From assembly GCA_964427715.1 (NCBI GenBank), contig CAYRUV010000002.1:149663-213662 (forward strand): a DNA stretch of 64,000 nt. Reading direction: 5' to 3'. This document shows, one piece after another, positions 19,639 through 28,896 of this stretch; within the stretch, counting starts at the first letter, position 1, and every line of letters starts with the position of its first letter. The notes under the pieces were generated by a model. That model was not told the DNA's origin and searched no databases. It saw only the letters and a list, made by a program, of their open reading frames with translations. A program made the translations under genes and the position numbers. Source of the stretch: an uncultured archaeon. Its GTDB lineage: Archaea > Iainarchaeota > Iainarchaeia > Iainarchaeales > VGJJ01.

Positions 19639-22600
19639 CAATTCACATGCTGCCGGGGATCAATGCGGACGCGCAGACCAAAGCCTACTTTGACGAATTA
19701 GTTGTGCGTGTGAATACGCAATTCGAGCTCGCCCAAAAAGCCAGGCATACGGGGTTTGACATCCATAATGAAGTCGAGTGTATTCCGGTGACGGACTTAG
19801 CGGATCGTACGGAGAAACTTGCCGGTCCTAAGGGAGTGGCGGAGCGCTTTCGTATCATCCTGGCCGAGCAAAAAGGGGACCGAATGAAGGCCATCTTCGT
19901 CATATTCAAGGAAATCGTCCTGGAAGAAGGAAATTGGTATCACAATCCCGACATGGAGAAGCGCATTGAGCAAGGAATCAAGACGTGCCTCGTCATCATG
20001 ACGGAAGGAGTGGTGGTGGCCCCGCTGGATGGGCTGCCCCATGTTAAACTGGGAAGCAATTCTGACGGTACCAAGTTCGTGGACATCTACTTCGCCGGAC
20101 CCATTCGTGCCGCGGGGGCGAGTGCAGCAGTATTGCCACTCATTCTGGGTGATTATGCGCAAAAACTCCTCGAATTAGGCGTGTATCAACCCACGCATGA
20201 AGAAATTGAACGCTACGCAGAAGAAGTGGACATTTATCAAACCGATGTGGTGTCGCGACAAATCAAAATGACGCTCGATGAGCTGCGCATCATCGCCAAA
20301 GGATGCCCAGTGTGCATCAATGGAATTCCCACCGAAGATTTAGAGGTCACCGCGTGGAGAAACCTCCCACGCATACCTTCCAATCGCATTCGTGGGGGAA
20401 TGGGACTTGTCATTACGGAAGGACTGGGATTGAAAGCCCTGAAAGTGATGTCGTGGACGAAGCAGTTGGGACTCGATTGGTCATTTTTGGAGAAGATCAT
20501 CAAGGTGGAAAAGAAAGCCGACCAAGTGGTTGAACTCAAACCTAACTGGAAATACTTAGAAGGAGTGGCGGCAGGGCGACCACTCATCGCATACCCTTCG
20601 GAGTGGGGCGGGTTTCGCCTCCGGTACGGAAGAAGTCGAAACACCGGGTGTGCAGGAAAAGGAGTCAACCCCGCATTCATGTATTTGATGGACGAATTCA
20701 TCGCCGTGGGAACGCACGTGCGTATCGAACGACCCGGAAAAGCCGCACAATTATTTCCCGTCGAGACGATTGACGGCCCCACGGTGTTGCTGAAGGATGG
20801 AAGCGTGCGATTGATCAACACCATTGAAGATGCGCAATTGGTGCGTCCATTAGTGGACAAAATATTGTTCGTCGGAGACATGCTCGTGACAGTTGGAGAC
20901 TACCGAAAGGCCGCGCACCCACTCACACCATCTCCCTTTGTTCCTGAATGGTGGGTGCAATTAGTGGCGAAGGAAATTGAGGATGGGAAAACGACGAAAG
21001 TGAATGTATCCACCTACTTGGATTCCCCTTACCAGCCCATTTCGTTCGCCGATGCGCTTCAAATCTCGGACGATTTGGGCGTTCCCCTGCACCCCGCGCA
21101 CACGTGGTACTACAAGGGGTGGAATCTCGAAGAGACGAAAACGATTATTGACGAGGTCAAGCTCTCCAACGACGCGGGAATGGGACTGGGTCTCATTCGC
21201 TTCCCCATCGAAGGGGGGCTCAAGAAGAAATTAGAGAAAGCAGGCGTGCCTCATCGCATAGATACTAAGCACATCTATCTCGACGAAAACGTGTCCGAGG
21301 CATTCCGCCTCTTCACTCGTCATTCGGTGGAGCCCATTCTTCCGGAAGATACTCCCCTATCCCTTCTTTCCCGTGCCGCCGGCATTACCATTCGAGATAA
21401 GGCCGGAACGTTTGGCGGTGGACGAATGGGGCGACCAGAAGCGGCCGTTCCTCGAACAATGAAGGGAAACCCGCACGTGTTATTCCCGATTGCTCTTGCA
21501 GGGGGAGCGACCCGAAGCATCAACCGTGCCGCAGGATTGGTTACCATTAAAGGAAAGTCTCACCGCGAGACGAATGGAAAAACAACCGTGGAAGTGGGTT
21601 TGTTTGAATGCCCCAAGTGTCGCAGCGTGGGGGCGCGACGATTCTGTATCACGTGTCAAGCCGTAAGCGTGCCGGTGTTGATTTGTACGAACAAAGAATG
21701 CCTCGCGTTGAATCACCAGGCCAAGTGTACGCGCTGTGGAAGCGTGGCGAAGCAGGGAGAATCCTACACAATCAACTTGCGCAATGAGATTGAATGGGCG
21801 GCCAAGAACCTCGCCGAAAAAATACCCGAACCGGTGAAGGGGGTCAAGGGGTTAATTTCAGATGAAAAGAAACCCGAGCCCTTAGAGAAAGGAATCCTGC
21901 GCGCCAAGCATGATTTACACGTCTTTCGTGATGGAACGGGCCGATTCGAGCTGTTGAATGCGCCCATTACGCACTTTTATCCCAAGGAAATAGGAATGAC
22001 CGTGGAGCGAGCGAAGGAATTAGGATATTTGAAGGACGCGAAAGGAAATCCCCTGGAACGAGACGATCAATTGGTGGAGATGTTCGTGCAGGACATCATA
22101 GTTAACGAAGGTTGTGGGGATTGGCTCCTGCGCTCGGCAAAGTTTGTGGATGATTTACTGGTGAAGTTCTACAAGCTGACTCCGTACTATAACGCCAAGA
22201 CCTCCAAGGACATGATTGGACACTTAGTTATTGGACTAGCTCCCCACACGAGTGCGGGAATTGTGGGTCGAGTGATTGGATACACGAAAACTCGCTTAGG
22301 GTGGGGCCACCCGTATTTTGTGATGTGTAAGCGACGAAACATCGATGGGGATCAAGATTCAGTCATGCTTCTGATGGATGCCCTCCTGTCCTTCTCCCAC
22401 TCGTACTTATCTCACTCCCGCGGAGGACGAATGGATGCCCCGCTCGTGTTTACGGTAGCATTGAACCCTCAAGAAATTGATGATGAGGTGCATGAGATGG
22501 AAACGTGCTCCTTGTACGCTCCTTCGTTCTATGAAAAGACGCAGACGTTTTCCGAACCCAAAGTCGAAGAGGTTCCGGTGGTGAAAAAGAAGCTGGGAAA

Positions 22601-23090
22601 GGACACGCAATATATCAATCTCAATTTCTCCCACACCACGAGTGTATTTGATCGAGGTCCCACGCAGAGTAGTTACACTAAACTCGAGTCCATGGAGGAC
22701 AAGCTCAACGCCCAGGCGAAACTTCAATCAAAATTGGTCCCCTTGCAGTTCCAAGACTCCCTTGAACGTGTAATTGTCTCTCATTTGTTCCCGGACATCA
22801 TCGGAAACACGCGCGCGTTCTCACGACAAACGTTCCGCTGCACCAAATGCAATGCGAAATACCGCCGCTTGCCCCTCACAGGGCATTGTGCGAAGTGTAA
22901 AGAAGGAAATGTCATCCTAACTATCGCGCAGGGATCGGTTCGAAAATACTTGAACATCGCCAAGAACATGATTCATCACTATGACTTGTCCAATTACCTC
23001 AAACAGCGCATTCAGTTGGCGGAAACTGAGATTGATGCCGTATTTCCACCCGAGAAGCAGACGCAGAAGAGTTTGTTTGAGTTTGCGTGA
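19635..23090 (+). CDS. dp2: DNA polymerase II (PolD) large subunit DP2
   Basis: 1151 aa with conserved Cys clusters (CPKCRS..CITC, CTKCNAKY..CAKC). There is no intein-sized insertion. Confidence 0.95.
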   Translation: MTIHMLPGINADAQTKAYFDELVVRVNTQFELAQKARHTGFDIHNEVECIPVTDLADRTEKLAGPKGVAERFRIILAEQKGDRMKAIFVIFKEIVLEEGNWYHNPDMEKRIEQGIKTCLVIMTEGVVVAPLDGLPHVKLGSNSDGTKFVDIYFAGPIRAAGASAAVLPLILGDYAQKLLELGVYQPTHEEIERYAEEVDIYQTDVVSRQIKMTLDELRIIAKGCPVCINGIPTEDLEVTAWRNLPRIPSNRIRGGMGLVITEGLGLKALKVMSWTKQLGLDWSFLEKIIKVEKKADQVVELKPNWKYLEGVAAGRPLIAYPSEWGGFRLRYGRSRNTGCAGKGVNPAFMYLMDEFIAVGTHVRIERPGKAAQLFPVETIDGPTVLLKDGSVRLINTIEDAQLVRPLVDKILFVGDMLVTVGDYRKAAHPLTPSPFVPEWWVQLVAKEIEDGKTTKVNVSTYLDSPYQPISFADALQISDDLGVPLHPAHTWYYKGWNLEETKTIIDEVKLSNDAGMGLGLIRFPIEGGLKKKLEKAGVPHRIDTKHIYLDENVSEAFRLFTRHSVEPILPEDTPLSLLSRAAGITIRDKAGTFGGGRMGRPEAAVPRTMKGNPHVLFPIALAGGATRSINRAAGLVTIKGKSHRETNGKTTVEVGLFECPKCRSVGARRFCITCQAVSVPVLICTNKECLALNHQAKCTRCGSVAKQGESYTINLRNEIEWAAKNLAEKIPEPVKGVKGLISDEKKPEPLEKGILRAKHDLHVFRDGTGRFELLNAPITHFYPKEIGMTVERAKELGYLKDAKGNPLERDDQLVEMFVQDIIVNEGCGDWLLRSAKFVDDLLVKFYKLTPYYNAKTSKDMIGHLVIGLAPHTSAGIVGRVIGYTKTRLGWGHPYFVMCKRRNIDGDQDSVMLLMDALLSFSHSYLSHSRGGRMDAPLVFTVALNPQEIDDEVHEMETCSLYAPSFYEKTQTFSEPKVEEVPVVKKKLGKDTQYINLNFSHTTSVFDRGPTQSSYTKLESMEDKLNAQAKLQSKLVPLQFQDSLERVIVSHLFPDIIGNTRAFSRQTFRCTKCNAKYRRLPLTGHCAKCKEGNVILTIAQGSVRKYLNIAKNMIHHYDLSNYLKQRIQLAETEIDAVFPPEKQTQKSLFEFA

Positions 23091-23273
23091 TTATGTGCTT
23101 TTTTGAACTAGAACAAATCCAATTATTGTCCAAACAATACCAATAGAAAAAAGACTCGTAATTTGCCCCGTATTTTCATTTCCAAGGGCTAGTGCCACAA
23201 GTGCAACCATCATTAATGCAAGTCCATAGACTACTGAAAGCTTTCCTGCCTGTTTTGTTTTCAGTTTAAACAT
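23091..23273 (-). CDS. Small 2-TM membrane protein (60 aa)
   Basis: Low-GC ORF. Its stop abuts the DP2 stop with no spacer, and it overlaps the upstream ORF by 8 nt. Confidence 0.5.
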   Translation of the reverse strand: MFKLKTKQAGKLSVVYGLALMMVALVALALGNENTGQITSLFSIGIVWTIIGFVLVQKST

Positions 23274-23601
23274 TTTTCTTCACCAAATTATTGTCATTAA
23301 CAAGACCAAAGAGGCCTTTAATTATCATATACAATGCAAGCAACCCCAAATACTGGTAGAGACTCTCTAAATTTTCAGCGAATAAAAAGAATATTGGAGG
23401 GTGCATAATGTATGCAAGCAGTAGTGCCCCGTACCAAATTAGTCCAATATTCGTGAACGCCGGTGCGAGAAGTTTGTTGATAATATACGCTCCTGCAACC
23501 TGCTCATTGTGGAACTCAATTTTACGCCACTCCTTCCATAGTCTGGCTATCATTTGAAGTATGCATAATACAAAATAGATAATCAAATGAGAATCTGACA
23601 T
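23266..23601 (-). CDS. Small 3-TM membrane protein (111 aa)
   Basis: Low-GC ORF with hydrophobic helices. I recognised no family. Confidence 0.55.
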   Translation of the reverse strand: MSDSHLIIYFVLCILQMIARLWKEWRKIEFHNEQVAGAYIINKLLAPAFTNIGLIWYGALLLAYIMHPPIFFLFAENLESLYQYLGLLALYMIIKGLFGLVNDNNLVKKNV

Positions 23602-23605
23602 TTAA

Positions 23606-23746
23606 TCACGGCCTTTTTTTTGCACTTTCCGCTAAAACGTATCCAAGGAATGCGCCTAGAACTATTGCTCCTCCGGTTGTGCCAAGAGCAGCGCCGAGGA
23701 TGCCTCCGGCGATAAGTCCACGTGCAGTCGTTTCGTCTAATGTCAT
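23606..23746 (-). CDS. 46-aa glycine-zipper membrane peptide
   Basis: Below the track's size cutoff. Hand translation gives MTLDETTARGLIAGGILGAALGTTGGAIVLGAFLGYVLAESAKKRP. A TTTATAAG box (23767-23778 region) and GGAGAG lie upstream. Confidence 0.4.
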   Translation of the reverse strand: MTLDETTARGLIAGGILGAALGTTGGAIVLGAFLGYVLAESAKKRP

Positions 23747-23788
23747 ACTAACTTGTACTCTCCAAATCTTATAAATCTAGGTAAAATT

Positions 23789-24556
23789 TTAGGGCAGCTT
23801 AACAAAACCTAAAAAAAGCAAGAAAGCCGCGATGAGAACAAGGATGGCAATCATCAACCATCGATTAGGGTGTTCCTTGCTGGGCTGGAGCAATAATATG
23901 AAGTCCCGGACGAAATTTCCAATGTACTCACTCCATCCCCCCGGGGTTTGAAGGTCGGAGACGGTTTCTCGGAGGAGTTCGGTCTTGGACTTACCCTGGT
24001 AAGGGATCCCGGACTCTTCGTTCTCAAACTCTCCCGTGACCGCGTTGACTCGCGTCTTGAGCTTATTGTCTTCGTCAAATTCAATCCGGTATTCCCAGAA
24101 AGGAATGTACACTAAACGCATTCCGGAGATGTGCACATTCGCACGCGCTACTTTTTCGTGGGCGGCAATCTTGATCTGGGCTGAACCTTTGGCTTCGTCT
24201 AAGGTGAGGCGGGGCTCCTTGACGTTGACATTCTTCACATCCTTAGGATCGGTGAACTCGTGCTGGATTAATTCGGGCGGGCAAAGCTCGGCCATGACGT
24301 CATCGAGCTTGTTGGTGACGGCATTTACGCTCGAAATTCCTTGTTGGGCCTCATCCACATTGCGGATTTTGGTCCCTTCCTCTTCGACTTCCGAATACGA
24401 GTCGTATTGGAATACATAATAGGGAACTAGTTCCAATGCAGGCTTGGGAACCTCAATCTCTCCCCAATTATTGGCATCCAATTCGTCCTGAATCAATGCA
24501 TTCGCTTCATCCAGGGGGAATTTCACAGGAAGAGAGGGTAACGTGCGCTTGTGCAT
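23789..24556 (-). CDS. Tail-anchored protein of unknown function, next to sepF
   Basis: 255 aa with an acidic soluble domain carrying two similar strands (LVPYYVFQY, LVYIPFWEY) and a single C-terminal TM (WLMIAILVLIAAFLLFLGFV). Confidence 0.6.
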   Translation of the reverse strand: MHKRTLPSLPVKFPLDEANALIQDELDANNWGEIEVPKPALELVPYYVFQYDSYSEVEEEGTKIRNVDEAQQGISSVNAVTNKLDDVMAELCPPELIQHEFTDPKDVKNVNVKEPRLTLDEAKGSAQIKIAAHEKVARANVHISGMRLVYIPFWEYRIEFDEDNKLKTRVNAVTGEFENEESGIPYQGKSKTELLRETVSDLQTPGGWSEYIGNFVRDFILLLQPSKEHPNRWLMIAILVLIAAFLLFLGFVKLP

Positions 24557-24655
24557 AGAGGAATTTCAACCCTAGGGAATTGAAAAAGGAGACGGATAGG
24601 AGAAAAAACGTTCAAAAAAGGAAAAAAGAGAAATTTAGGGAAAGTCCCAAGGAAA

Positions 24656-25021
24656 TTATTCCTTGGGGGTCTTTCGCTTCATGATCTTAACTCGGGCGGG
24701 AGTGATCAAGATTCGTCCGGCGGCGATACCGGCGATGTCTCCGTCCAATCGGGAGACCAAGTCTTTGATCGAAACCACGGCGTCGCGAACCCCTCGAGGG
24801 TTTCGCTTCTGGGCCTCTTCAATGTTCAATAAGACCAAATTTCCTTCCTTCAATTCGTGCTCGACCGCGTTCAAATCCTCGGATCCGCGCAGGGTCATGG
24901 GCTTGACGTAGGCGTCGGCATCTTCGTATTGGGCCTCTTCCTCGACATCCATGTTATTGAGGAAATCCTCAACATCCACTTGTTCTGTCTGGCTCGTGAA
25001 AACCTTATCTAAAAACCCCAT
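24656..25021 (-). CDS. sepF: Cell-division protein SepF (FtsZ membrane anchor)
   Basis: 121 aa with an N-terminal amphipathic MGFLDKVF. The core reads Y.KPMTLRGSEDLNAVEHELKEGNLVLLNIE...RDAVVSIKDLVSRLDGDIAGI. Confidence 0.8.
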   Translation of the reverse strand: MGFLDKVFTSQTEQVDVEDFLNNMDVEEEAQYEDADAYVKPMTLRGSEDLNAVEHELKEGNLVLLNIEEAQKRNPRGVRDAVVSIKDLVSRLDGDIAGIAAGRILITPARVKIMKRKTPKE

Positions 25022-25192
25022 TCAAAATCCCCCTCACAATTGTTTTTGGCCAAAAAAGGCTGTTTTGTCCCTATAGGGCTTTCCACCTTATTAAAGGTGT
25101 ACGTGAATGAACGAGATTAGTTTCGCTATTCGAACCCGGAAACTTAAAATGTGGAGGGCATACTAAGAGTAGTGGAAGTGAGGGTCAGGGTT
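25022..25192. other. Candidate replication-origin / cdc6 control region
   Basis: Sits directly upstream of orc1/cdc6. Inverted ORB-like elements are present: GTGGAAAGCCCTATAGGG on the minus strand (~25075-25092) versus GTGGAAGTGAGGGTCAGGG on the plus strand (25173-25191). There is a T5GGCCA5 palindrome (25043-25056), AGTTTC..TTCGAA..GAAACT (25120-25145) and CTTAAAAT (25142-25149). Confidence 0.3.
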
Positions 25193-26419
25193 ATGTCTTT
25201 ACAGCATTCATTCGAGTCCGAGTTCTCCAAGGCCACCGTCTTCAAGGACCGAAACAAAATAATGCCTCATTATACGCCCAACAACCTTCCCTTTCGTAAA
25301 GGACAACAGGATGCCATCATTTCCGTGGTAGGAAAGACCACGCGAGGGTTGCGACCGGATAACTTGTTCATCTACGGACGTCCAGGTACGGGAAAAACCT
25401 CCACGACACGGCATGTCATGGATGAACTGTGCCAGTTTGCCGCCCAAAAATCACTCAAAATTAGGTACGTCTACATCAACTGCCGGACGCACAACAAAAA
25501 ATACAAGGTTTTGTTGAAGGGATTGAAGGAAATCTTCCCGGAATCCCCCGACAAAGCCTTCCAAGGGTATTCCGCGGCGTACTTGTACGAAAAATTGGTT
25601 GGATTCGTCCGCGACACGGAAACCCACTTAATTTTGGTCTTAGATGAGCTGGATAAGGTCCGCGACTTAGACGAACTCATCTATTCCCTCACTCGAAGCA
25701 ACGATGAACTTCCCAAAGGAGGCATCTCGGTGATTGGAATCTCCAATAATCTCTCTTTCAAGGACGCATTGGACCCTCGAACCAAGTCTTCTCTTTGCCA
25801 GCATGAGATGATCTTTCCTCCGTATGATGCGGAGCAGCTTCTGAAGATCCTCACGGAGCGCGTCGAGGAAGCCTTCTTTCCCAACGTCGTGGAATATTCG
25901 GCGATTTCCCGCTCGGCCCAACTGGCGGCCCAGGAAAGCGGGGATGCACGAACGGCCCTCAAGCTCATGCTCAAAGCCGGGGAGCTCGCGGACCGAGAAG
26001 GAACCAGCTTGGTGAAAGAAGACCACGTGAACAGGGGGAAGAGTGACGTCGAAAAGGACATGATGATTGAACACATCTCCTCGCGACCTGAGCAGGAGAA
26101 AATTCTCCTTTACACCATCGCATCCATGGAACTCAAAGGAAGCACGGCGCGCAACCTGTATGGAGAAACCACCGGGCGATTGATGTCGGGGGATATTTAC
26201 GAGGAATACCAGAAGGTTCATTCTAAGGTCAAACTCAAGGATGAAGACAAACCCGTGACGGATCGACAAGTGAGAGAATACATGAACTCAGAAGAAATGG
26301 ACGGACTCATCTCCATTGTTCCCTCCGGGCCTGGCGTAAAAGGACAAACCCGCTTCATCAAGCTCAAAGTCGACCCGCAGCTCGTGAAAGAAGTATTAGA
26401 GAAAGAATTCTTCGGGTGA
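25193..26419 (+). CDS. cdc6: Orc1/Cdc6 replication initiator
   Basis: Walker A GRPGTGKT, Walker B LVLDELD and a C-terminal winged helix. I trimmed the start from the track's GTG at 25151 to the ATG at 25193 (MSLQHSF). Confidence 0.92.
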   Translation: MSLQHSFESEFSKATVFKDRNKIMPHYTPNNLPFRKGQQDAIISVVGKTTRGLRPDNLFIYGRPGTGKTSTTRHVMDELCQFAAQKSLKIRYVYINCRTHNKKYKVLLKGLKEIFPESPDKAFQGYSAAYLYEKLVGFVRDTETHLILVLDELDKVRDLDELIYSLTRSNDELPKGGISVIGISNNLSFKDALDPRTKSSLCQHEMIFPPYDAEQLLKILTERVEEAFFPNVVEYSAISRSAQLAAQESGDARTALKLMLKAGELADREGTSLVKEDHVNRGKSDVEKDMMIEHISSRPEQEKILLYTIASMELKGSTARNLYGETTGRLMSGDIYEEYQKVHSKVKLKDEDKPVTDRQVREYMNSEEMDGLISIVPSGPGVKGQTRFIKLKVDPQLVKEVLEKEFFG

Positions 26420-26429
26420 TAAGATAGAA

Positions 26430-26447
26430 AGGCCAGTTGCCTGGCCT
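26430..26447 (+). terminator. Hairpin AGGCCAG-ttgc-CTGGCCT after the cdc6 stop
   Basis: A 7-bp perfect stem 11 nt after the stop, followed by a pyrimidine-rich ctctttgc. Confidence 0.35.
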
Positions 26448-26473
26448 CTCTTTGCATAAGCGGAGGAGACCGC

Positions 26474-26581
26474 TTAGAGGACAACTTTTCCGACTTCTAT
26501 TGCAACCGCAATCAAGAAAATGACTACGACTCCATATTTTAGAAGCTCGGCGGCGTCGCCTTGACCTTTGTTTTCATTCAT
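26474..26581 (-). CDS. Possible 35-aa single-TM peptide
   Basis: Hand translation gives MNENKGQGDAAELLKYGVVVIFLIAVAIEVGKVVL. On its strand it is preceded by a CCTGCCC/GGGCAGG hairpin (26596-26618) and a TTTTAAAA box. Support is weak. Confidence 0.25.
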   Translation of the reverse strand: MNENKGQGDAAELLKYGVVVIFLIAVAIEVGKVVL

Positions 26582-26672
26582 GTTTTTTCTATTTCCTGCC
26601 CTAATTTATTGGGCAGGGAGAAGACGGAAAACTCCCTTTTAAAATAATGAGAACAAGAATCGAACAGTGTAC

Positions 26673-28835
26673 TCAGTCAAACAGCGTCTTCTGTTCTTTC
26701 AATTGCGTCTCAATCTTCTTCTTGGTTCCCTTTTCATGGGTTTCTCCAAGGGTTTGCTTGACTTTCATCGCGGTGGCCACTCCGATTACTTTGGAAAGAT
26801 TTTCCACGCTTGTGTTTTTCACATCCGAGACATTCTTGATGCCTACATTGTACAAGCGGCGGGCACGCACGCGACCAATTCCTTGTAATTCGCACAGCAA
26901 GATGAGCTCTTCCTTGATTCCTGCACTCAATCTCTTGCGGAGCTTCGCTAACATTCCCACGTGGGGCTGGGCTCCTACTAATGGAGCGAGCTCGGTCATC
27001 CCATACATCAACCAATCCGCGTTGAGGAGTTTCGTGCGAATCACTCCCGGGGCGATATTGAACTTATCCAATAGCTCTTGCTCCTGCATCTCATTGATCC
27101 AGGATTCCATGAACTGGGTAGTTTGGAACTTTTCCAGGATTTGTCCATCCGAGAACATCAAATCGGGCGAGTCTAAGGGTAATTCTCCCACGCGGGATTG
27201 TAAATTCTCCCATGCTTCCGCTTCATTCTTGCGTGGCACATTCAAGTATGGGCGGAATTCGGTCGTGTCGGTGATGGCAAACAATGCCCCTGTGGGTTTC
27301 AAGTCTTTTTTCTTCAATTTTTGAATCATCGCATTGGCGGAAATAGGATCCAAGTACAATTCAGCGACGCGCTGGCCAATTTTGGTGGTCCAAAAGCGGT
27401 TTTCTTCTCCATCAATGAATTCCAACTCAGCTAATTCTTTGATGAGTCCTCGCAACATGCGTTTAATCGTGTCTAAATCCTTGAATTGGTGCGCGTAGAG
27501 GGTGCGCGAGAAGAAATCATCCATGGAATCCGTGTCAAATACGAAACGAGAGGCGATTAGCGCGAGCAAGTGCATGCGCAACACGGGTTCAATCCCTAAT
27601 TTGGATCGTACTTCTTCCATCTCCCCCAAAATGTAATTGCGCATCACGTCTTCGGCTTCCATCTCGGTCTTACAAAGAACAATACTCTCTCCGGCTTTGT
27701 CGTATTTGGGTCTTCCCGCACGACCGGCCATCTGACGATACTCTCGAACAGGGATGGAGGTCATTCCACCAAAATCATAGCGTTGTAAAGATGTAATGAT
27801 GACTCGAAAACTGGGAAGATTCACTCCCGCGGCCAATGTAGGAGTTGCCGAGATGACTTTGATGCTTCCGTCGCGGAATCCATTCTCTACCAATTCACGC
27901 TGGCGCTGAACTAATCCCGCGTGATGGAACGCGACTCCTTTTCGCACCATGTCGGCGAGCTTTCGACACTGTTCGGTGGGAGATTCAAGTGCGTTTTCTA
28001 TCCGCTGGGCCGTCTTGTCGAGTGTTTTCTTGTCTTCGGGAGAGAGTTTGGAGAACACCACGGGCGCGGATTGCTTCGCGAGACTCTCGGCGCGTGGTCG
28101 GGTGTTGGCGAAGACGAGGGATTGTTTCTTTTTGTCAAGCGTGTCCTTCAACAACGCCTCAATGGGCTCGTCTCCCTCCACATCCTGCTCGTCTTCTCCC
28201 TTGAATACTAACGTTTGGTGATAGTGCACCCCCTCTTTGAGTGGAACCGGGCGATAATTGGACTCAACTAGCTCGGCTTTCAGCCACGCTGCTAATTCAT
28301 CCGAGTTGGGGATGGTCGCGGAGAGGGCCACGATTTGAAGTTTAGGGTTGATTAGGCGCAATTTGGTGATAACCAATTCTAACGTAGCCCCGCGGTCCGA
28401 ATCCATCTCGTGGACTTCATCCACGATTAACACGCCTAACTGCTGCAGCCATTCCGCGCGGTGGATGAGTAAGGAATTGAGCTTTTCGAACGTAGAAAAG
28501 ATGAAATCATACTGGGAGAGGTATTTGGAAGACGAATCCAAATCGCCAGTGGACACGGCCATCTTTATTTTTTGAGAATCCCCATACTTTCGCTTCAAAT
28601 CATTGTAGTGTTCACTTGCGAGGGCGCGCAGGGGACCGGTGTACATGGCTTTCTTCCCGCGGTTGAGGATTGATTCCAATCCCGTTAATTCCGCGATGAT
28701 AGTCTTACCGGATGCAGTAGGGGAAGCAATGACCAAGTTGTGCGTCTTCCAGGGCGCATCGAGTACCTTCTGCTGCATAGGGTTGAACTTCTCAAACCCA
28801 TTGGTTTGCCGCACAATCTCGGGGACATCGACCAT
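26673..28835 (-). CDS. hel308: Ski2-like DNA helicase Hel308
   Basis: ASPTASGKT, DEVH, SAT and a C-terminal HhH (ELQGIGRVRARRLY). I moved the start to the internal ATG (MVDVPEIV), so it no longer overlaps the upstream ORF. Confidence 0.9.
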   Translation of the reverse strand: MVDVPEIVRQTNGFEKFNPMQQKVLDAPWKTHNLVIASPTASGKTIIAELTGLESILNRGKKAMYTGPLRALASEHYNDLKRKYGDSQKIKMAVSTGDLDSSSKYLSQYDFIFSTFEKLNSLLIHRAEWLQQLGVLIVDEVHEMDSDRGATLELVITKLRLINPKLQIVALSATIPNSDELAAWLKAELVESNYRPVPLKEGVHYHQTLVFKGEDEQDVEGDEPIEALLKDTLDKKKQSLVFANTRPRAESLAKQSAPVVFSKLSPEDKKTLDKTAQRIENALESPTEQCRKLADMVRKGVAFHHAGLVQRQRELVENGFRDGSIKVISATPTLAAGVNLPSFRVIITSLQRYDFGGMTSIPVREYRQMAGRAGRPKYDKAGESIVLCKTEMEAEDVMRNYILGEMEEVRSKLGIEPVLRMHLLALIASRFVFDTDSMDDFFSRTLYAHQFKDLDTIKRMLRGLIKELAELEFIDGEENRFWTTKIGQRVAELYLDPISANAMIQKLKKKDLKPTGALFAITDTTEFRPYLNVPRKNEAEAWENLQSRVGELPLDSPDLMFSDGQILEKFQTTQFMESWINEMQEQELLDKFNIAPGVIRTKLLNADWLMYGMTELAPLVGAQPHVGMLAKLRKRLSAGIKEELILLCELQGIGRVRARRLYNVGIKNVSDVKNTSVENLSKVIGVATAMKVKQTLGETHEKGTKKKIETQLKEQKTLFD

Positions 28836-28896
28836 ACTATTCGAATGGAGATTAGGGGGTTTTAACCCGAACCGGGGGAGGTCGCCTCGATGCAGG

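Noticed and set aside
26647-27324. 225-aa plus-strand ORF.
   Set aside because: It is antisense to the C-terminal third of Hel308, which contains the conserved HhH domain. I treat it as a shadow ORF.
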